This document shows, one piece after another, positions 1-11,185 of a stretch of 64,000 bases of DNA. Below the pieces are notes generated by a model that searched no databases, had not been told where the DNA came from, and saw only the letters and a list, made by a program, of their open reading frames with translations. The translations under genes and the position numbers were made by a program. Numbering within the stretch: the stretch's first letter is position 1; every line of letters starts with the position of its first letter. Source of the stretch: an uncultured Chloroflexia bacterium (GTDB taxonomy: Bacteria > Chloroflexota > Anaerolineae > CG2-30-64-16); the NCBI GenBank assembly GCA_963810095.1, contig CAWEMM010000006.1, positions 736,001 through 800,000 on the forward strand. The letters run 5' to 3'.

Positions 1-139
1 GATCTACGCACCGGCGGTACAATTCACCAAACGCACCGGGGTCCTCCTTTGCCAACTCGACCAAGGCTCCCTCGGTCAGATCGGCGTAAGGACTCTCCGG
101 CGCCACTCCGTCTGTTACCTGGCTCTGCAAACGTGGCAT
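1..139 (-). CDS. ECF-type RNA polymerase sigma factor, N-terminal part (runs off the window)
   Basis: Manual translation from the ATG at 139 gives MPRLQSQVTDGVAPESPYADLTEGALVELAKEDPGAFGELYRRCVD. The 'LVELAKEDPGAFGELYRR' segment is typical of the ECF sigma region-2 entry. Confidence 0.6.
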   Translation of the reverse strand, partial: MPRLQSQVTDGVAPESPYADLTEGALVELAKEDPGAFGELYRRCVD

Positions 140-225
140 ATCCTAAAACACCCGCATGCCAAAAAGGACGCGTCGCGTCACGAAGTTTCCGTTAAGGTCT
201 GACAGCATGGCTGTTCGACCGCCTG

Positions 226-1071
226 TCAGTCGAGCGCGACTGACGCAGCTCCAATCGTCCCGGGACCAACGTGCACACCGATCACGGGGCCCAGGTCGGC
301 CACGAAGAAGCGCGCGGTCTCGAACGACTTGGAGAGTTTGGCTCCCATCGCCCACGCCTCTTCGGGCGCCAGGGCATGAGTCAGCGCCAGCTGCACATGG
401 GCGCCGCGTGCGGCGGTCTCCTTCAAGAGCAGATCCTGCGCTGCTTCAATGGCCTTGGCTCGGCTGCGCACGCGCGCCAACGGCACGACCTCACCGTCGA
501 CGATGCCCAGCAGGGGCTTGAACTTCAGCAGGGTGCCCACAAAAGCCTGCGCTTTGCCGATGCGCCCGCCGCGCTGCAGATACTCGAGCGTCTCGAGCAC
601 GAAAACGAGCCGGACCTTCTCACGCAGGGCCAGCAGGCGCGCGACGATCTCGGCGCGGGTTGCACCGGCGTCGACCATCTGCACCGCCTCCTGCACCAGG
701 AGCCCGAGCCCGATGGAAACGTTCTTGGAATCGATCACTTCCACAGCCCAGCCGGGATGGCTCTCGTACGCGATGATCGCGGAGCTCAGCGTCCCGCTGA
801 GCTTACCCGAGAGAGGTAAGGCGATGACCTCATCGCCCGCAGCCGTGAAGCTTTCGAAGAGGCTCAGGAAATCGGACGGGGCCGCCTGGGAAGTGGTAGG
901 CAGCGGGTTGCTTTTCGGGAGACGATCCCAGAACTGCTCGCGGGTAATGTCTTGACCATCGCGCAGCGCTTCCTGGCCGAATACGACGCTGAGCGGCACA
1001 ACCGTAAGGCAAGGGTGGTGCAAGACCTCGGCCGGGGCCTCGCAGGTCGAGTCTGTAATAATGCGGATCAT
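226..1071 (-). CDS. DegV family fatty-acid-binding protein
   Basis: Motifs MIRIITDST, PTTSQ, LSGKLSGT, LEYLQRGGRIG and HVGPGTIG. Confidence 0.93.
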   Translation of the reverse strand: MIRIITDSTCEAPAEVLHHPCLTVVPLSVVFGQEALRDGQDITREQFWDRLPKSNPLPTTSQAAPSDFLSLFESFTAAGDEVIALPLSGKLSGTLSSAIIAYESHPGWAVEVIDSKNVSIGLGLLVQEAVQMVDAGATRAEIVARLLALREKVRLVFVLETLEYLQRGGRIGKAQAFVGTLLKFKPLLGIVDGEVVPLARVRSRAKAIEAAQDLLLKETAARGAHVQLALTHALAPEEAWAMGAKLSKSFETARFFVADLGPVIGVHVGPGTIGAASVALD

Positions 1072-1164
1072 AGGGGATGACTCCTGACAAGAAGTGAACC
1101 CACACAGTTTAGGCGCGAGGGGGGACTTTGTCAACGAAAACGCGAACGGCCCTCCAGCCGCGTC

Positions 1165-1196
1165 AGAAACCAGGCCGCTGTGCGAACCTGGTTTCT
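1165..1196. repeat. Palindromic repeat family C (AGAAACCAGG...CCTGGTTTCT)
   Basis: Inverted repeat; related copies at 5710-5736 and 11237-11286. Confidence 0.65.
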
Positions 1197-1211
1197 GATG
1201 ACAGGAGCTCC

Positions 1212-2318
1212 CTAAAGCACTTCGAGGATCGCCGGTCGCTCCCAGCTTACGCCGTCGACCTCGACCCGCAGCATGGGCCAGTCGGAGATGGTCGTCAGCA
1301 CTTCGTTGCGCTCGGCGCCAACGACGATCGTGTCTTCCGACTTAACGCCCGTGATGCTCGGATTCCACGCGTACACCTCGCCCTCGGTCACCACGTGCCG
1401 CGCACCTGGCGTCGCAACGAATTCGCGCGGCTCGTAGGCGGCCGGTCCGCCCTGGTGGTGCAGCTGCCATTCGTCCGGATAACCCGTCTCGGCGTAAGCG
1501 GCCTGCGCGGCCGCGAAGACGTCACCGAGCGCAACGCCCGGCCGGGTCTTGGCAATGAAGGTCGCGTCCACCTGTGCGCACGCCTGCTGCTTGCGCTGCA
1601 GTTCCTCGGGCAAGGGCCCGAAGTGCACCAGGCGCGTGACCGACGCGACGAGTCCCTGACGCCGCCCACACAGCACCAGCATGGCGTATCTCTCGAGCTT
1701 CTTGCCCGTGGGCAAAGGGTGGCGGAAGCGGAAGATACGCTCGTCCGTCGCAACCAGGTTGACGATGGGCAGCGCGCCTTGCGCATACGCCGCCTGGGCC
1801 AGCAGTCCGGCGATCTCCATTTCGGTCAGCCCGGGGCGCACCTGGCGAATGGCGGCATTCATCGCGTTCGCGCACGCTTTCCCAAGTTGCTGGAACCGCG
1901 AGAGCTCCTCCGGCGTCCTGGAAGCGCGGAGGGCGGCGATCTCAGCAGTGAGGTCTACACTGCCGGGATGGCCGCCATCCGAGCCCAGCCGCTTGCCCTC
2001 GAGCAGCTCTTTGGCCCGGGCGTTTGGCCCATACCACGGGTCCACTACCGGCTCGAAACCGAGCCCTTCGAGGGGCTCCTCCGCAGCCAGGCGAGTGGCC
2101 TCGATATTGGTCGTCAGCACATACTGGCTATTGGGCGTAACGACAATGCTGGCCGCGCCGAATGTCGAAGCCGTGTTGACGTAGCTGGCAGCGCCCTCCG
2201 CCAGCCATGCGAAATTCGCAACCCGCCCCAGCACGAGGGCATCGAGCGCACGTGCATGGATCAACTCGCGCAGCTGCGCCAGCCTCTCGTGTGTCTCCGA
2301 CATGTGGGTTTCCGTCAT
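1212..2318 (-). CDS. M24 family metallopeptidase (Xaa-Pro peptidase-like)
   Basis: Creatinase-like N-domain; HHQGG, WNPSI and KSEDT motifs. Start codon uncertain (2318 or 2303). Confidence 0.85.
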   Translation of the reverse strand: MTETHMSETHERLAQLRELIHARALDALVLGRVANFAWLAEGAASYVNTASTFGAASIVVTPNSQYVLTTNIEATRLAAEEPLEGLGFEPVVDPWYGPNARAKELLEGKRLGSDGGHPGSVDLTAEIAALRASRTPEELSRFQQLGKACANAMNAAIRQVRPGLTEMEIAGLLAQAAYAQGALPIVNLVATDERIFRFRHPLPTGKKLERYAMLVLCGRRQGLVASVTRLVHFGPLPEELQRKQQACAQVDATFIAKTRPGVALGDVFAAAQAAYAETGYPDEWQLHHQGGPAAYEPREFVATPGARHVVTEGEVYAWNPSITGVKSEDTIVVGAERNEVLTTISDWPMLRVEVDGVSWERPAILEVL

Positions 2319-2549
2319 TGGATTTCTCCAGTCGCTGGTGAATGAGCGCCCCGCGGCGCGCCCGCGTTTGGGCACACCGAGGCACTAAAACGATTTCAAT
2401 CGCCCGGCACTATAGCCCGCGGCAAGGGGCATGTCAAGTCCTTTTGGCGGGCAGGTCAGCTTGTGATACACTGTGCCATTGCAGTCCGTCAGGCTACCAC
2501 CATTCCCGTCCTGACCGGACCATTTACCGCCCAAGAGGTGCTTCGGCCA

Positions 2550-3383
2550 ATGAAGAGGCCACTTCTTTTGACCATCCTGACGGCCTTCGCCGTCATTGCG
2601 TTCGTCGCCATGGTCGCGCCGGTGTTCGGCGCGCCGCCGAGCCAGGAAGCGCGCCCCGTCATCGCGCAGCCGGGCGAGGGCGCAGCGGTGCGCGACGTCG
2701 TGCAGATTATCGGCACCGCCACGCACCCCCAGTTTCAGCGCTACGAACTGTATTACGCGCCGTACCCCGTGCCTTCCGACCAGTCGTGGATCTTCATCGG
2801 CGATGCCCACAACAACCAGCAGCCGCTTGGCTTGCTCGGCACCTGGGATTCCCGCTCGGTGCCCGACGGCAGCTACGCATTGCGGGTGCGGGTGGTCAAG
2901 GCCGACGGCAACTACCTTGATAGCGACCCCCGCCGGGTCACCGTCGCAAACACCCGGCCCGCTGAAACGCCGACGCCCGAGACGCCGTTGACACCGCTGC
3001 CCGAGCTGCCGCCGACCGAGGCGCCAGCTAACGAAACGGCCGTCGTCGAGGCGCCCACGGCACCGGCGCCGGGCTCAGTCGCCGTGCCGACCATTGCGCC
3101 GACGCCAACAGAGGAAGTCACGGTCGAGGCCGCCGGGGGCAGCGCTCGACCGGGTTCCAGCCCGACGCCGCGCGGCACGGTGGTGATTGCCAGCACGTCA
3201 AGCGAGTCAACATCGGTCGGAGAGAGTGCCACCTCGATCGCGAACCAGGTCTTCAGCAGCAGCAAGCTGATGGACACGGCCAAGAAGGCAGCCACGTACA
3301 CTCTCGCCGCCTTCGTCCTGGTCGGCCTGTTCTTCGGGGTCAAGGGCATCCTCGTCTGGTTGTGGTATAAGATCAAGCCGTGA
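2550..3383 (+). CDS. Secreted, membrane-anchored protein with an Ig-like domain and a Pro/Thr-rich stalk
   Basis: Signal peptide MKRPLLLT..., Ig-like module (WDSRSVPDGSYALRVRVV), P/T/E-rich linker and C-terminal TM helix. Confidence 0.8.
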   Translation: MKRPLLLTILTAFAVIAFVAMVAPVFGAPPSQEARPVIAQPGEGAAVRDVVQIIGTATHPQFQRYELYYAPYPVPSDQSWIFIGDAHNNQQPLGLLGTWDSRSVPDGSYALRVRVVKADGNYLDSDPRRVTVANTRPAETPTPETPLTPLPELPPTEAPANETAVVEAPTAPAPGSVAVPTIAPTPTEEVTVEAAGGSARPGSSPTPRGTVVIASTSSESTSVGESATSIANQVFSSSKLMDTAKKAATYTLAAFVLVGLFFGVKGILVWLWYKIKP

Positions 3384-3456
3384 TGCTGCGGCATCCGGCC
3401 GCACACGCTTTTCTGGGGCTGTCCGGCGCGGGCAGCCCTTTGCCGTATTGAAGGAC

Positions 3457-4137
3457 ATGCCTGGTTTACGGGCGCTTTTGGCGCAACGCAGCAAGCCGGC
3501 AGCAGGTGACGCCGCGTCTATGGGCGCGGCGATGGCCGGAATGATCGTCGGGCTGGGCAACCCCGGCCCTGAATACGCGCGCCATCGCCACAACATCGGC
3601 TTCCAGATCGTCGACCAGTTTGCCGAACGCCACGGCCTGGAGTTCGACAAGTTTCAGAAGCGGGGCCGCCTCGCCGTGGGCCAGGTGTCCCTGCATGGCG
3701 GTTGGGCCGGGCGGGTGCTGCTGGCGAAACCCATGACGTACATGAACAGCAGCGGCGAGGCGGTTGGACCGCTGGCGGCCTTCTACAAGATCGCGCCCGC
3801 CAACATTCTCGTCGTCCACGACGATCTCGACCTGCCGCTCGGGCGGCTGCGCCTGCGGCCGAACGGCAGCCCGGGCGGCCAGAAGGGCGTTGCATCGATC
3901 ATCAAGGCGCTTGGCACGGACACGTTTTGCCGGCTCAAGGTTGGCATCAGCCGGCCCGGGGGCGCGAACAGCGGGGCCTCGCCCGCGATGGATCCGGCCG
4001 CCTATGTCCTGCAGCCCTTCTCGGGCGAGCAGGAAAAGGAGATGGGGTTGGCGCGCGTCCGGGCAGTGGACGCAATCGAGATGTGGCTGGCGGAAGGCAT
4101 CGAAGCTGCCATGAACGCCTTCAATGCGGCCGCATAG
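3457..4137 (+). CDS. pth: Peptidyl-tRNA hydrolase
   Basis: IVGLGNPG, RHNIGF, KPMTYMNSSG and VVHDDLDL motifs. Start uncertain. Confidence 0.95.
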   Translation: MPGLRALLAQRSKPAAGDAASMGAAMAGMIVGLGNPGPEYARHRHNIGFQIVDQFAERHGLEFDKFQKRGRLAVGQVSLHGGWAGRVLLAKPMTYMNSSGEAVGPLAAFYKIAPANILVVHDDLDLPLGRLRLRPNGSPGGQKGVASIIKALGTDTFCRLKVGISRPGGANSGASPAMDPAAYVLQPFSGEQEKEMGLARVRAVDAIEMWLAEGIEAAMNAFNAAA

Positions 4138-4156
4138 GGGATGCGGCCAGGGGTTT

Positions 4157-4234
4157 TTACCACAGAGAACCAAAGGCACAAAGCTGCTCCGAGAGCCTTT
4201 GTGAAACTTCGAGTCTTTGGTCCTTCGTGGTGAA
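4157..4234. repeat. Palindromic repeat family A (ACCACAAAG...CTTTGTGGT), copy 1
   Basis: Imperfect inverted repeat built from ~8-nt units; five copies in the window. Confidence 0.8.
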
Positions 4235-4242
4235 GCCAGAGA

Positions 4243-7200
4243 TTGCAGCTGACACAACTAGTGAAACTTAACGGGTTACTGGACTTAGGCCAGGGGCTGA
4301 CCGCCATCGACGAAATGGCGGCCGCGCTGGCCGCGGGCGAAACGCCCGCAACACCGCTCGACGTTTATCACTCCGCCCGGCCCTACGTCGTGGCGGCGCT
4401 TGTACGCGCCCTAAACCGGCCCCTGGTCGTCGTGACGCCGCGTTCGGTGCGCGCCCGCCAGTGGGTCGACGAGTTGCGGGTCTGGCTGCCGGACGAAGTG
4501 CCCGTCTATAACTTCGCAGACCCCGACGCCCTGCCCTACGAACGCATTCCCTGGGCCCCCGAGACACGCCAGCGCCGGCTGGAAGCCCTGCTAGGGCTGC
4601 TCGCCTGGGCAAGCCCGACGCCGGCTGCCCCGTTTGCCCCCGTGGCCGTCGCTTCCGCCCGTGGGCTCATGCAGATGACGCTGCCCGTGCGCGAGATGCG
4701 CCTTGCCATGCGGCCTATTCGCCAAGGCATGGCTTTCGACCTCGACCGGGTCCTTCTGAGCTGGGTAGGCCTGGGGTACGAGTCTGCGGCAGTCGTCGAA
4801 GCGCCGGGCCAGTTCAGCCGCCGGGGCGGCATCGTCGACGTCTGGCCGTCCAACCTGCGGCGGCCGATCCGCATCGAGCTCTTCGGCGACGAGGTCGACA
4901 GCTTGCGCACCTTCGACCCGTCGACCCAGCGCACCATGGACCGCATCCAGGAATCCTCGGTCGGCCCGGCCAGCGAGGCGCTGCCGAAGCTGGGCGAGCG
5001 CGCGAGCGAACGGCTGGCGACACTCGACCTCTCCACGTGCCATCCACCCGCCCGCATGGAGTTCGAGCGCGAGATGCAGGCGCTGCGATCCGGATCGGGA
5101 TTCCGCAGCCTCGAGTGGTACATGCCGTACCTGTATGCCCAGCCCGGCGTCTTGACCGACTATCTCCCGGCCCTCGGCGCGCAGCAAGGCGCGGGGCAGC
5201 CGCCCGCGGCGCACCTCATCGTTGAGGATGCGGGCGAATTGCTCGTCAGCCTGGCCGATCTGGAGGGCCAGGCCGAGCAGTTGGGCCGCGACTTGAAAGC
5301 CGCAGGCGACATCCCCGAGGTTGTGCTGCCGCCCTACTTCGTCGCGGGCGCCCTCGTCGAAAAGCTCACCAGCCGGCCGGTGATCTACCTCGGTCACACG
5401 ACCCTTGCCAATGGGGGCGCGCCCAAGGGCAGCGACGGCAACGGCGAAGCGTTGGCGCGTCATTTCCATGCCGGGCCGCGCTTTGGTGGACAGGTGCGCG
5501 TCGATTCTCACCGAGATCGAGCCCCCGCTGCGCAACGGCGAGCACGTGGTGATGGTGAGCCGCCAGGCGCCGCGCCTCGCGGAGCTCCTGCGCGAGAACG
5601 GCCATGCCGTGGCGCCCGCAGACAACGTGCCGCAGCCCCCGCCGCCGGGGCTCACGCTCGTCCAGGGCGTCATGGAGGAAGGCTGGCGGCTGGGGCCGAA
5701 CGGGGCAACAAACCAGGTTTCTTCGGAGAAACCTGGCGCGGCGGGCGCACCCCTCTGGTTCCTGACCGACGCAGAGTTGTTCGGCTGGGGAAAGCCAAAG
5801 CCGCGGCGGCCACAGCGTACGAGAGCCGTCGCACCCGAGGTCTTCTTCGCCGACGTCCAGGCCGGCGATTACATCGTTCACCTGGAGCACGGCATCGGCC
5901 AGTTCAAGGGCCTGATGAAGATGGCCGTCGACGGCGTCGAGCGCGAGTACCTCCAGGTGGAGTACGCGCAGGGCGACCAACTGTACGTCCCTGTCCACCA
6001 GGCCGACCGGCTCGCGCGCTACGTGGGCGCGGGCGACGCGACGCCGTCGCTGCACCGCTTGGGCACGGCCGACTGGGAACAGGTCAAGGCGCGGGCGCGC
6101 AAGGCGGTTGCGGAGATTGCCGACGAACTGCTCGAGCTGTACGCGGCTCGCGAGGTCGTCGAAGGACACGCCTTCAGGCCCGACGCAGCCTGGCAGCAGG
6201 AGCTCGAGGCGAGCTTCCCGTACGTGGAGACCGAGGACCAGTTGGTCGCGATCGAGTCGGTCAAGCACGATATGGAGCAGCCGCGGCCGATGGACCGCCT
6301 GATTTGCGGCGACGTGGGCTACGGCAAGACGGAAGTCGCGCTGCGTGCCGCGTTCAAGGCGGTCATGGACGGCAAGCAGGTGGCGATCCTGGTGCCGACC
6401 ACCGTTCTGGCCCAGCAGCATTACACAAACTTCAGCCGCCGCCTCGCAGCGTTCCCCGTGACGGTCGCCATGCTTTCGCGCTTCCAGACGCCCGCGCAGC
6501 AAGACCGCACGCTTTCCGGCCTCGCCAACGGCTCAATCGATCTCGTCATCGGTACGCACCGCCTGCTGAGCAACGACGTCTCGGTCAAGGACCTGGGTCT
6601 GCTGATTGTGGACGAGGAGCAGCGTTTCGGCGTGAGCCACAAGGAGAAGATCAAGCAGCTGCGCACCGAGGTCGACGTGCTGACCCTCACTGCAACGCCG
6701 ATCCCGCGCACGCTCCACATGAGCCTGACGGGCGTCCGCGACCTGAGCACGATCGATACGCCGCCGGAAGAGCGGCTGCCGATCAAGACGTTCGCGGGTG
6801 ACTTTGACGAAGGGCTGGTGCGCCAGGCGATCCTGCGCGAGGTGGACCGGAACGGCCAGGTCTACTTCGTCCACAATCGGGTGCAGGGCATCGAACAGAT
6901 CGCCGCCAGAATCCACAAGATCGTGCCCGAAGTGCGGATCGCGATTGCGCACGGCCAGATGCCGGAGAAAGAGCTCTCCGCGGTCATGTTGGCCTTCGCC
7001 GAGGGCGATTACGACGTGCTGATCTGCACGACGATCATCGAGTCGGGCCTGGACATTCCCAACGCGAACACCATCATTATCAACCGGGCCGACACATTCG
7101 GCTTGGCCCAGCTCTACCAGCTGCGCGGCCGTGTCGGACGCTCCGCCGTGCGCGCGTACGCGTATTTGCTGGTCGACAAGTACAAGACCCTGACCGAGGA

Positions 7201-7939
7201 CGCACGGCGCCGGCTAGAAGCCATCCAGGAGGCGAGCGACCTGGGCGCGGGCTTCCGCATCGCCATGCGTGACCTGGAAATCCGGGGGGCCGGCGAGCTG
7301 CTGGGCGCCCGCCAGCACGGCCACATCGCGGCGGTCGGTTTCGACCTGTACACCCGGCTGCTGGCGCAGGCGGTGCAGGAAGCGCGCGAGCGGGCTGGCG
7401 GCGCGCCGAGAATGCGGGACGACGACGAAGCGGAACGTGCATCGGAGGCCGGGGGACCGCTGCGCAACGTGCTCGAGGACCCACTGGCGCCCACAGTGCA
7501 GCTCGACCTCAACCTGCCGTCACGCATCCCCGAGGAGTACGTGCCCGAAGGTGCGCTGCGCCTGCAGCTCTACCGCCGCCTGGCCGGCCTCACGACGCTC
7601 GAAGCGGTCGCCGAGATGGCCCAGGAGTTCGCCGACCGCTTCGGCCCGGTGCCGCAAGAGGTGCAGAACCTGCTGTACGTCGTGGGCGTGAAGGTGCGGG
7701 CGGTCAATGCGGGCGTCGAGGCCATCGGCATGGAGGAAGGCCAGCTCCTGATCAAGTGCTCATGTCTTGAAGCGATGGATCGCCTCAAGCTGCAGGAGCG
7801 CTTGAAGGCGCAAGACGTGCCGGGCAGGGTGTCGCGGCGGGCCGTCTGGATCGAGATGCGCGAAGGCGGAGCCCCGGCGCCCGCGGGCGGCGCCTGGCAG
7901 CGCGACCTGGTCAAGGCGCTGGAGCTGATGCGGGAATAG
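4243..7939 (+). CDS. mfd: Transcription-repair coupling factor Mfd (one frameshift near 5500, probably a sequencing error)
   Basis: UvrB-like N-part ([11 protein letters not shown]) in ORF 4243; [30 protein letters not shown] and TRG motif in ORF 5405. Confidence 0.95.
5710..5736. repeat. Family C palindrome in-frame within mfd
   Basis: CCAGGTTTCT-TCGG-AGAAACCTGG, a perfect 10-bp stem encoding NQVSSEKPG. Confidence 0.7.
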
Positions 7940-7959
7940 AACTCGTAAGCGGGGTTTCG

Positions 7960-8037
7960 TCACCACAAAGACACCAAGGCACGAAGTTTCACAAGGTCCC
8001 GGTGAGCGCCTTGGTGTCTTCGTGCCTTGGTGGTGAA
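7960..8037. repeat. Palindromic repeat family A, copy 2
   Basis: TCACCACAAAGACACCAAGGCACGAAG...CTTCGTGCCTTGGTGGTGA between convergent genes. Confidence 0.85.
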
Positions 8038-8057
8038 AACTCAACCCGCCGCCGCAG

Positions 8058-9686
8058 CTAGCGGTCCGCCGGCGCGTAGTCGTGGAACTGCGAGCGCAGC
8101 ACCTTCTTGTCGAACTTGCCCACGCTCGTCTTGGGCAGCGACTCCACGAAGACCACGTCGTCAGGCATGTACATGTGGCTGAACTTGGGGCGCAGCGCGG
8201 CGTAAATGTCCTCTTTCGTGATCGTGTCTTTGTGCTCGGGCTTGGGCACCACGCACGCCAGCGGCCGCTCCTGCCACTTCGGATGCGGGATCGCAATGAC
8301 GGCCGCCTCGGCCACCTTCGGACAGCCCATGATCGTATTCTCCAGGTCCTGGCTCGAGATCCACTCGCCGCCGCTCTTCACCAGGTCCTTCGTCCGGTCC
8401 ACGATCTGCATATAGCCATCCGGGCTGATTGTCACCACGTCGCCCGTCTTGAACCAGCCGTCGGAGAATGACTCCGGCGTCCGGTCGTCGTTGTAGTATG
8501 CGGATACGATCCACGGACCTTTGACCTGAAGCTCGCCGTAAGACTTGCCGTCCCAGGGTACTTCCTTGCCCGCCTCGTTAATCGCGCGGATGTCGACGCA
8601 GGGCACGGGTGCGCCCTGCTTGGCGCGCACCACGTACTGCGCTTCCTTGTCGAGATCCTTGTGCCACGAGCGCAGCCGGCTGACGGTGCCCAGCGGCGAG
8701 GTCTCGGTCATGCCCCACGCGTGCATCACCTCGATGCCGTGCCGCTGCTCGTACGCCTCAATCATCGACTGGGGTGCGGCCGCGCCGCCCACAATCATCA
8801 TGCGCACGCTGCTCAGGTCATACAGCTCGCGGTCGAGCAGGGCCAACATGCCCAGCCACAAGGTTGGCACGCCGGCGGTTAGGGTCACGCGCTCGGCCTG
8901 GATCAACTCGGCGAGGTCGCGGGGCGTCATGTGCGGCCCCGGCATAATCCACTTCACCCCTACCATCGTCCCCGCGAAGGGTGTGCCCCAGGCCAGGACG
9001 TGGAACATGGGCACGACGGGCATGAACACATCATGCTCGCCCATGCCGAAAGAGTCGGTCATGGTCAGCCCGAGGCTGTGGAGGAAGATCGAGCGGTGTG
9101 AGTACAGGACGCCCTTGGGGTTGCCCGTCGTGCCCGACGTGTAGCACATCGCGGCCGCATCGTTCTCGTCCAGCACGGGCCAGTCGAAATCGGGCGACTC
9201 TGCAGCCAGCAGGTCTTCGTAGGCATAGACGGGGCTCAACGTGCAGCCCTCAGGCACCTTTGCACCCATCACGATGTACAGCCTGGCGCAGCTCAACATC
9301 GGCGCCATTTTTTCGACGAGCGGCAGCAGCGTGGGATCGACGAAGATGATGCTGTCTTCCGCATGGCACAAAATGTACGCCAGTTGGTCGACGGCCAGGC
9401 GGATGTTGAGCGGGTGGAGCACCGCGCCCATGCTAGGGATCGCGAAATACAGCTCGAGGTGCCGCGAGTTGTTCCACGCAAACGTCGCCACCCGGTCGCC
9501 CGGCTGCACGCCCAGCCGCTTGAGCGCATTGGCCAGTTGGCCCGCGCGGTCGAACATCTCGCGGTACGTGTACCGCTCCAGGGTCGGCCCCGCCTTCGTC
9601 ACGATCTCCTTGTCGGGGAACAGGCGCTTCGCCCGCTCCATGATCGCCGTGACCGTCAGGGGGTAGTCCATCATCAGCCCGCGCAT
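8058..9686 (-). CDS. Medium/long-chain fatty acid-CoA ligase (AlkK/DmdB-like)
   Basis: MRGLMMDYPL start, YTSGTTGNPKG, WGMTET, DRTKDLVKSGGEWISS and LPKTSVGK. Confidence 0.92.
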   Translation of the reverse strand: MRGLMMDYPLTVTAIMERAKRLFPDKEIVTKAGPTLERYTYREMFDRAGQLANALKRLGVQPGDRVATFAWNNSRHLELYFAIPSMGAVLHPLNIRLAVDQLAYILCHAEDSIIFVDPTLLPLVEKMAPMLSCARLYIVMGAKVPEGCTLSPVYAYEDLLAAESPDFDWPVLDENDAAAMCYTSGTTGNPKGVLYSHRSIFLHSLGLTMTDSFGMGEHDVFMPVVPMFHVLAWGTPFAGTMVGVKWIMPGPHMTPRDLAELIQAERVTLTAGVPTLWLGMLALLDRELYDLSSVRMMIVGGAAAPQSMIEAYEQRHGIEVMHAWGMTETSPLGTVSRLRSWHKDLDKEAQYVVRAKQGAPVPCVDIRAINEAGKEVPWDGKSYGELQVKGPWIVSAYYNDDRTPESFSDGWFKTGDVVTISPDGYMQIVDRTKDLVKSGGEWISSQDLENTIMGCPKVAEAAVIAIPHPKWQERPLACVVPKPEHKDTITKEDIYAALRPKFSHMYMPDDVVFVESLPKTSVGKFDKKVLRSQFHDYAPADR

Positions 9687-9876
9687 GGCGCACCTCCTAT
9701 ACTTGTGCAAAGCAGAACACAGTTTTCTTACGAGGATAAAATTAGTATAGCACAAAACACCCGAGTTGCGACGATGGGTTCAGCGGTCGCGGTGCGAAGT
9801 GGAAGGGCGACGCACGCCCGAGGAATGCCGAGGGGCCGGCGGTCCGGCCCCTCGCAGGGGCACGGTCACTGCGCCC

Positions 9877-10263
9877 CTATTTCTTCGTTTTCCGGGCGAT
9901 CATCTCGATCTCGATTCGAGCGCCGCGGGGCAGCCCGGCCACGGCCACCGTCGTGCGGGCGGGGTACGGCTGCTTGAACATGGTGGCATAGACGGTGTTC
10001 ATGGCCGCAAAATCGGCCATATCGGTCAGGTAGACGTTCACCTTGACCACGTCTTTCTGGCTCAGCCCGGCTGCTTGGAGCACGGCGAAGAGGTTGCGGA
10101 AGCACTGCTCGGTCTGTGCACCCACGTCGCCTTGCACGAGCTCTCCGGTGCCCGGATCCAGCGGCGTCTGGCCGGAAAGATAGAGCCGCTTGCCTGCCCA
10201 AACCGCGTGTGAATAGGGGCCGATGGCGCTGGCGCCTGGCGCACTCACTGCCTCACGTGTCAT
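9877..10263 (-). CDS. RidA/YjgF/UK114 family enamine deaminase
   Basis: AIGPYSHAV, SGQTPLDP, PARTTVAV and IEIEMIA. Confidence 0.93.
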   Translation of the reverse strand: MTREAVSAPGASAIGPYSHAVWAGKRLYLSGQTPLDPGTGELVQGDVGAQTEQCFRNLFAVLQAAGLSQKDVVKVNVYLTDMADFAAMNTVYATMFKQPYPARTTVAVAGLPRGARIEIEMIARKTKK

Positions 10264-10402
10264 TTCGCATTCCTCCTGCAAGTTCGATGGCCTATGGTGC
10301 AGTGTACTCAAAAAAGCCGGTACGTCCAGCCGCGCCGCACGAGCGGCATCGAGTTATGTTATGATGGCCGCATCGAACCTTAGCCCGGTGTGAGGAGGTC
10401 GA

Positions 10403-10774
10403 ATGGATCCGGAGGCATTGTTGGCGAGTCTCCCCCCGCCGACCGAGCAAGACATGCTGGCGCTGCGCGACCACGCGCAGCAATACACGTTGGTATTTCT
10501 GCGTGAGGGGCCCGCATCGCGCGCAGACGAGGTTCGCAATGCTCGTTACCAGGCCCTGCACCTGCAGCACCTGACCAAGCTACAGCTGATCGGCAAGCTG
10601 GTGCTGAACGGGCCTATCCTGGCCGATCACGAGATCGTGGGAGTGAGCGTCTACGCGGCCGGCCTCGACGAGGCACGGGCGCTGGCCGAGGCCGATCCCA
10701 AGGTCAGAGAAGGCTACCTGACGGTCGAAGCGATCCCCTGGATGGCGGTGCCTGGCCCGGCGGGAGCGGACTGA
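10403..10774 (+). CDS. YCII-related protein
   Basis: HLQHL..LQLIGKLVLNGP and ADPKVREG match the YciI pattern; GAGGAGG RBS upstream. Confidence 0.75.
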   Translation: MDPEALLASLPPPTEQDMLALRDHAQQYTLVFLREGPASRADEVRNARYQALHLQHLTKLQLIGKLVLNGPILADHEIVGVSVYAAGLDEARALAEADPKVREGYLTVEAIPWMAVPGPAGAD

Positions 10775-10800
10775 GGCCGGGGACGGGAAGGGGGCAAGGG

Positions 10801-11160
10801 GTGGAAAAGATCAACCTGATGGAGAAGTTCACACGGTTCGGCGACCAGTGGCAGCCCAAGATCGTCGCGGAGCTCAACGGCCAGTACTTCAAGCTTGCCA
10901 AGCTGCAGGGCATCTTCGTGTGGCACCACCACTCGGAAGCGGATGAGTTATTTTTGGTGGTACAAGGACGCCTGACGATCCAGCTACGCGAGGGCGAAGT
11001 CGTGCTCGACGCGGGCGAGATGCTCGTGGTGCCCGCGGGCGTGGAGCACCGGCCGGTCGCCGACGAAGAGACATGGGTGATGCTGCTGGAGCCGAAAGCG
11101 ACGCTGAACACAGGCAACGTGCGCGACGAGCACACGGTTGAGGGACTTGACTGGATATAG
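10801..11160 (+). CDS. Cupin domain protein (mannose-6-P isomerase-like)
   Basis: FVWHHHSEADELFLV and VVPAGVEHRP. Confidence 0.88.
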   Translation: MEKINLMEKFTRFGDQWQPKIVAELNGQYFKLAKLQGIFVWHHHSEADELFLVVQGRLTIQLREGEVVLDAGEMLVVPAGVEHRPVADEETWVMLLEPKATLNTGNVRDEHTVEGLDWI

Positions 11161-11185
11161 CGCCGCGCAGACGTGCCACGAATGT

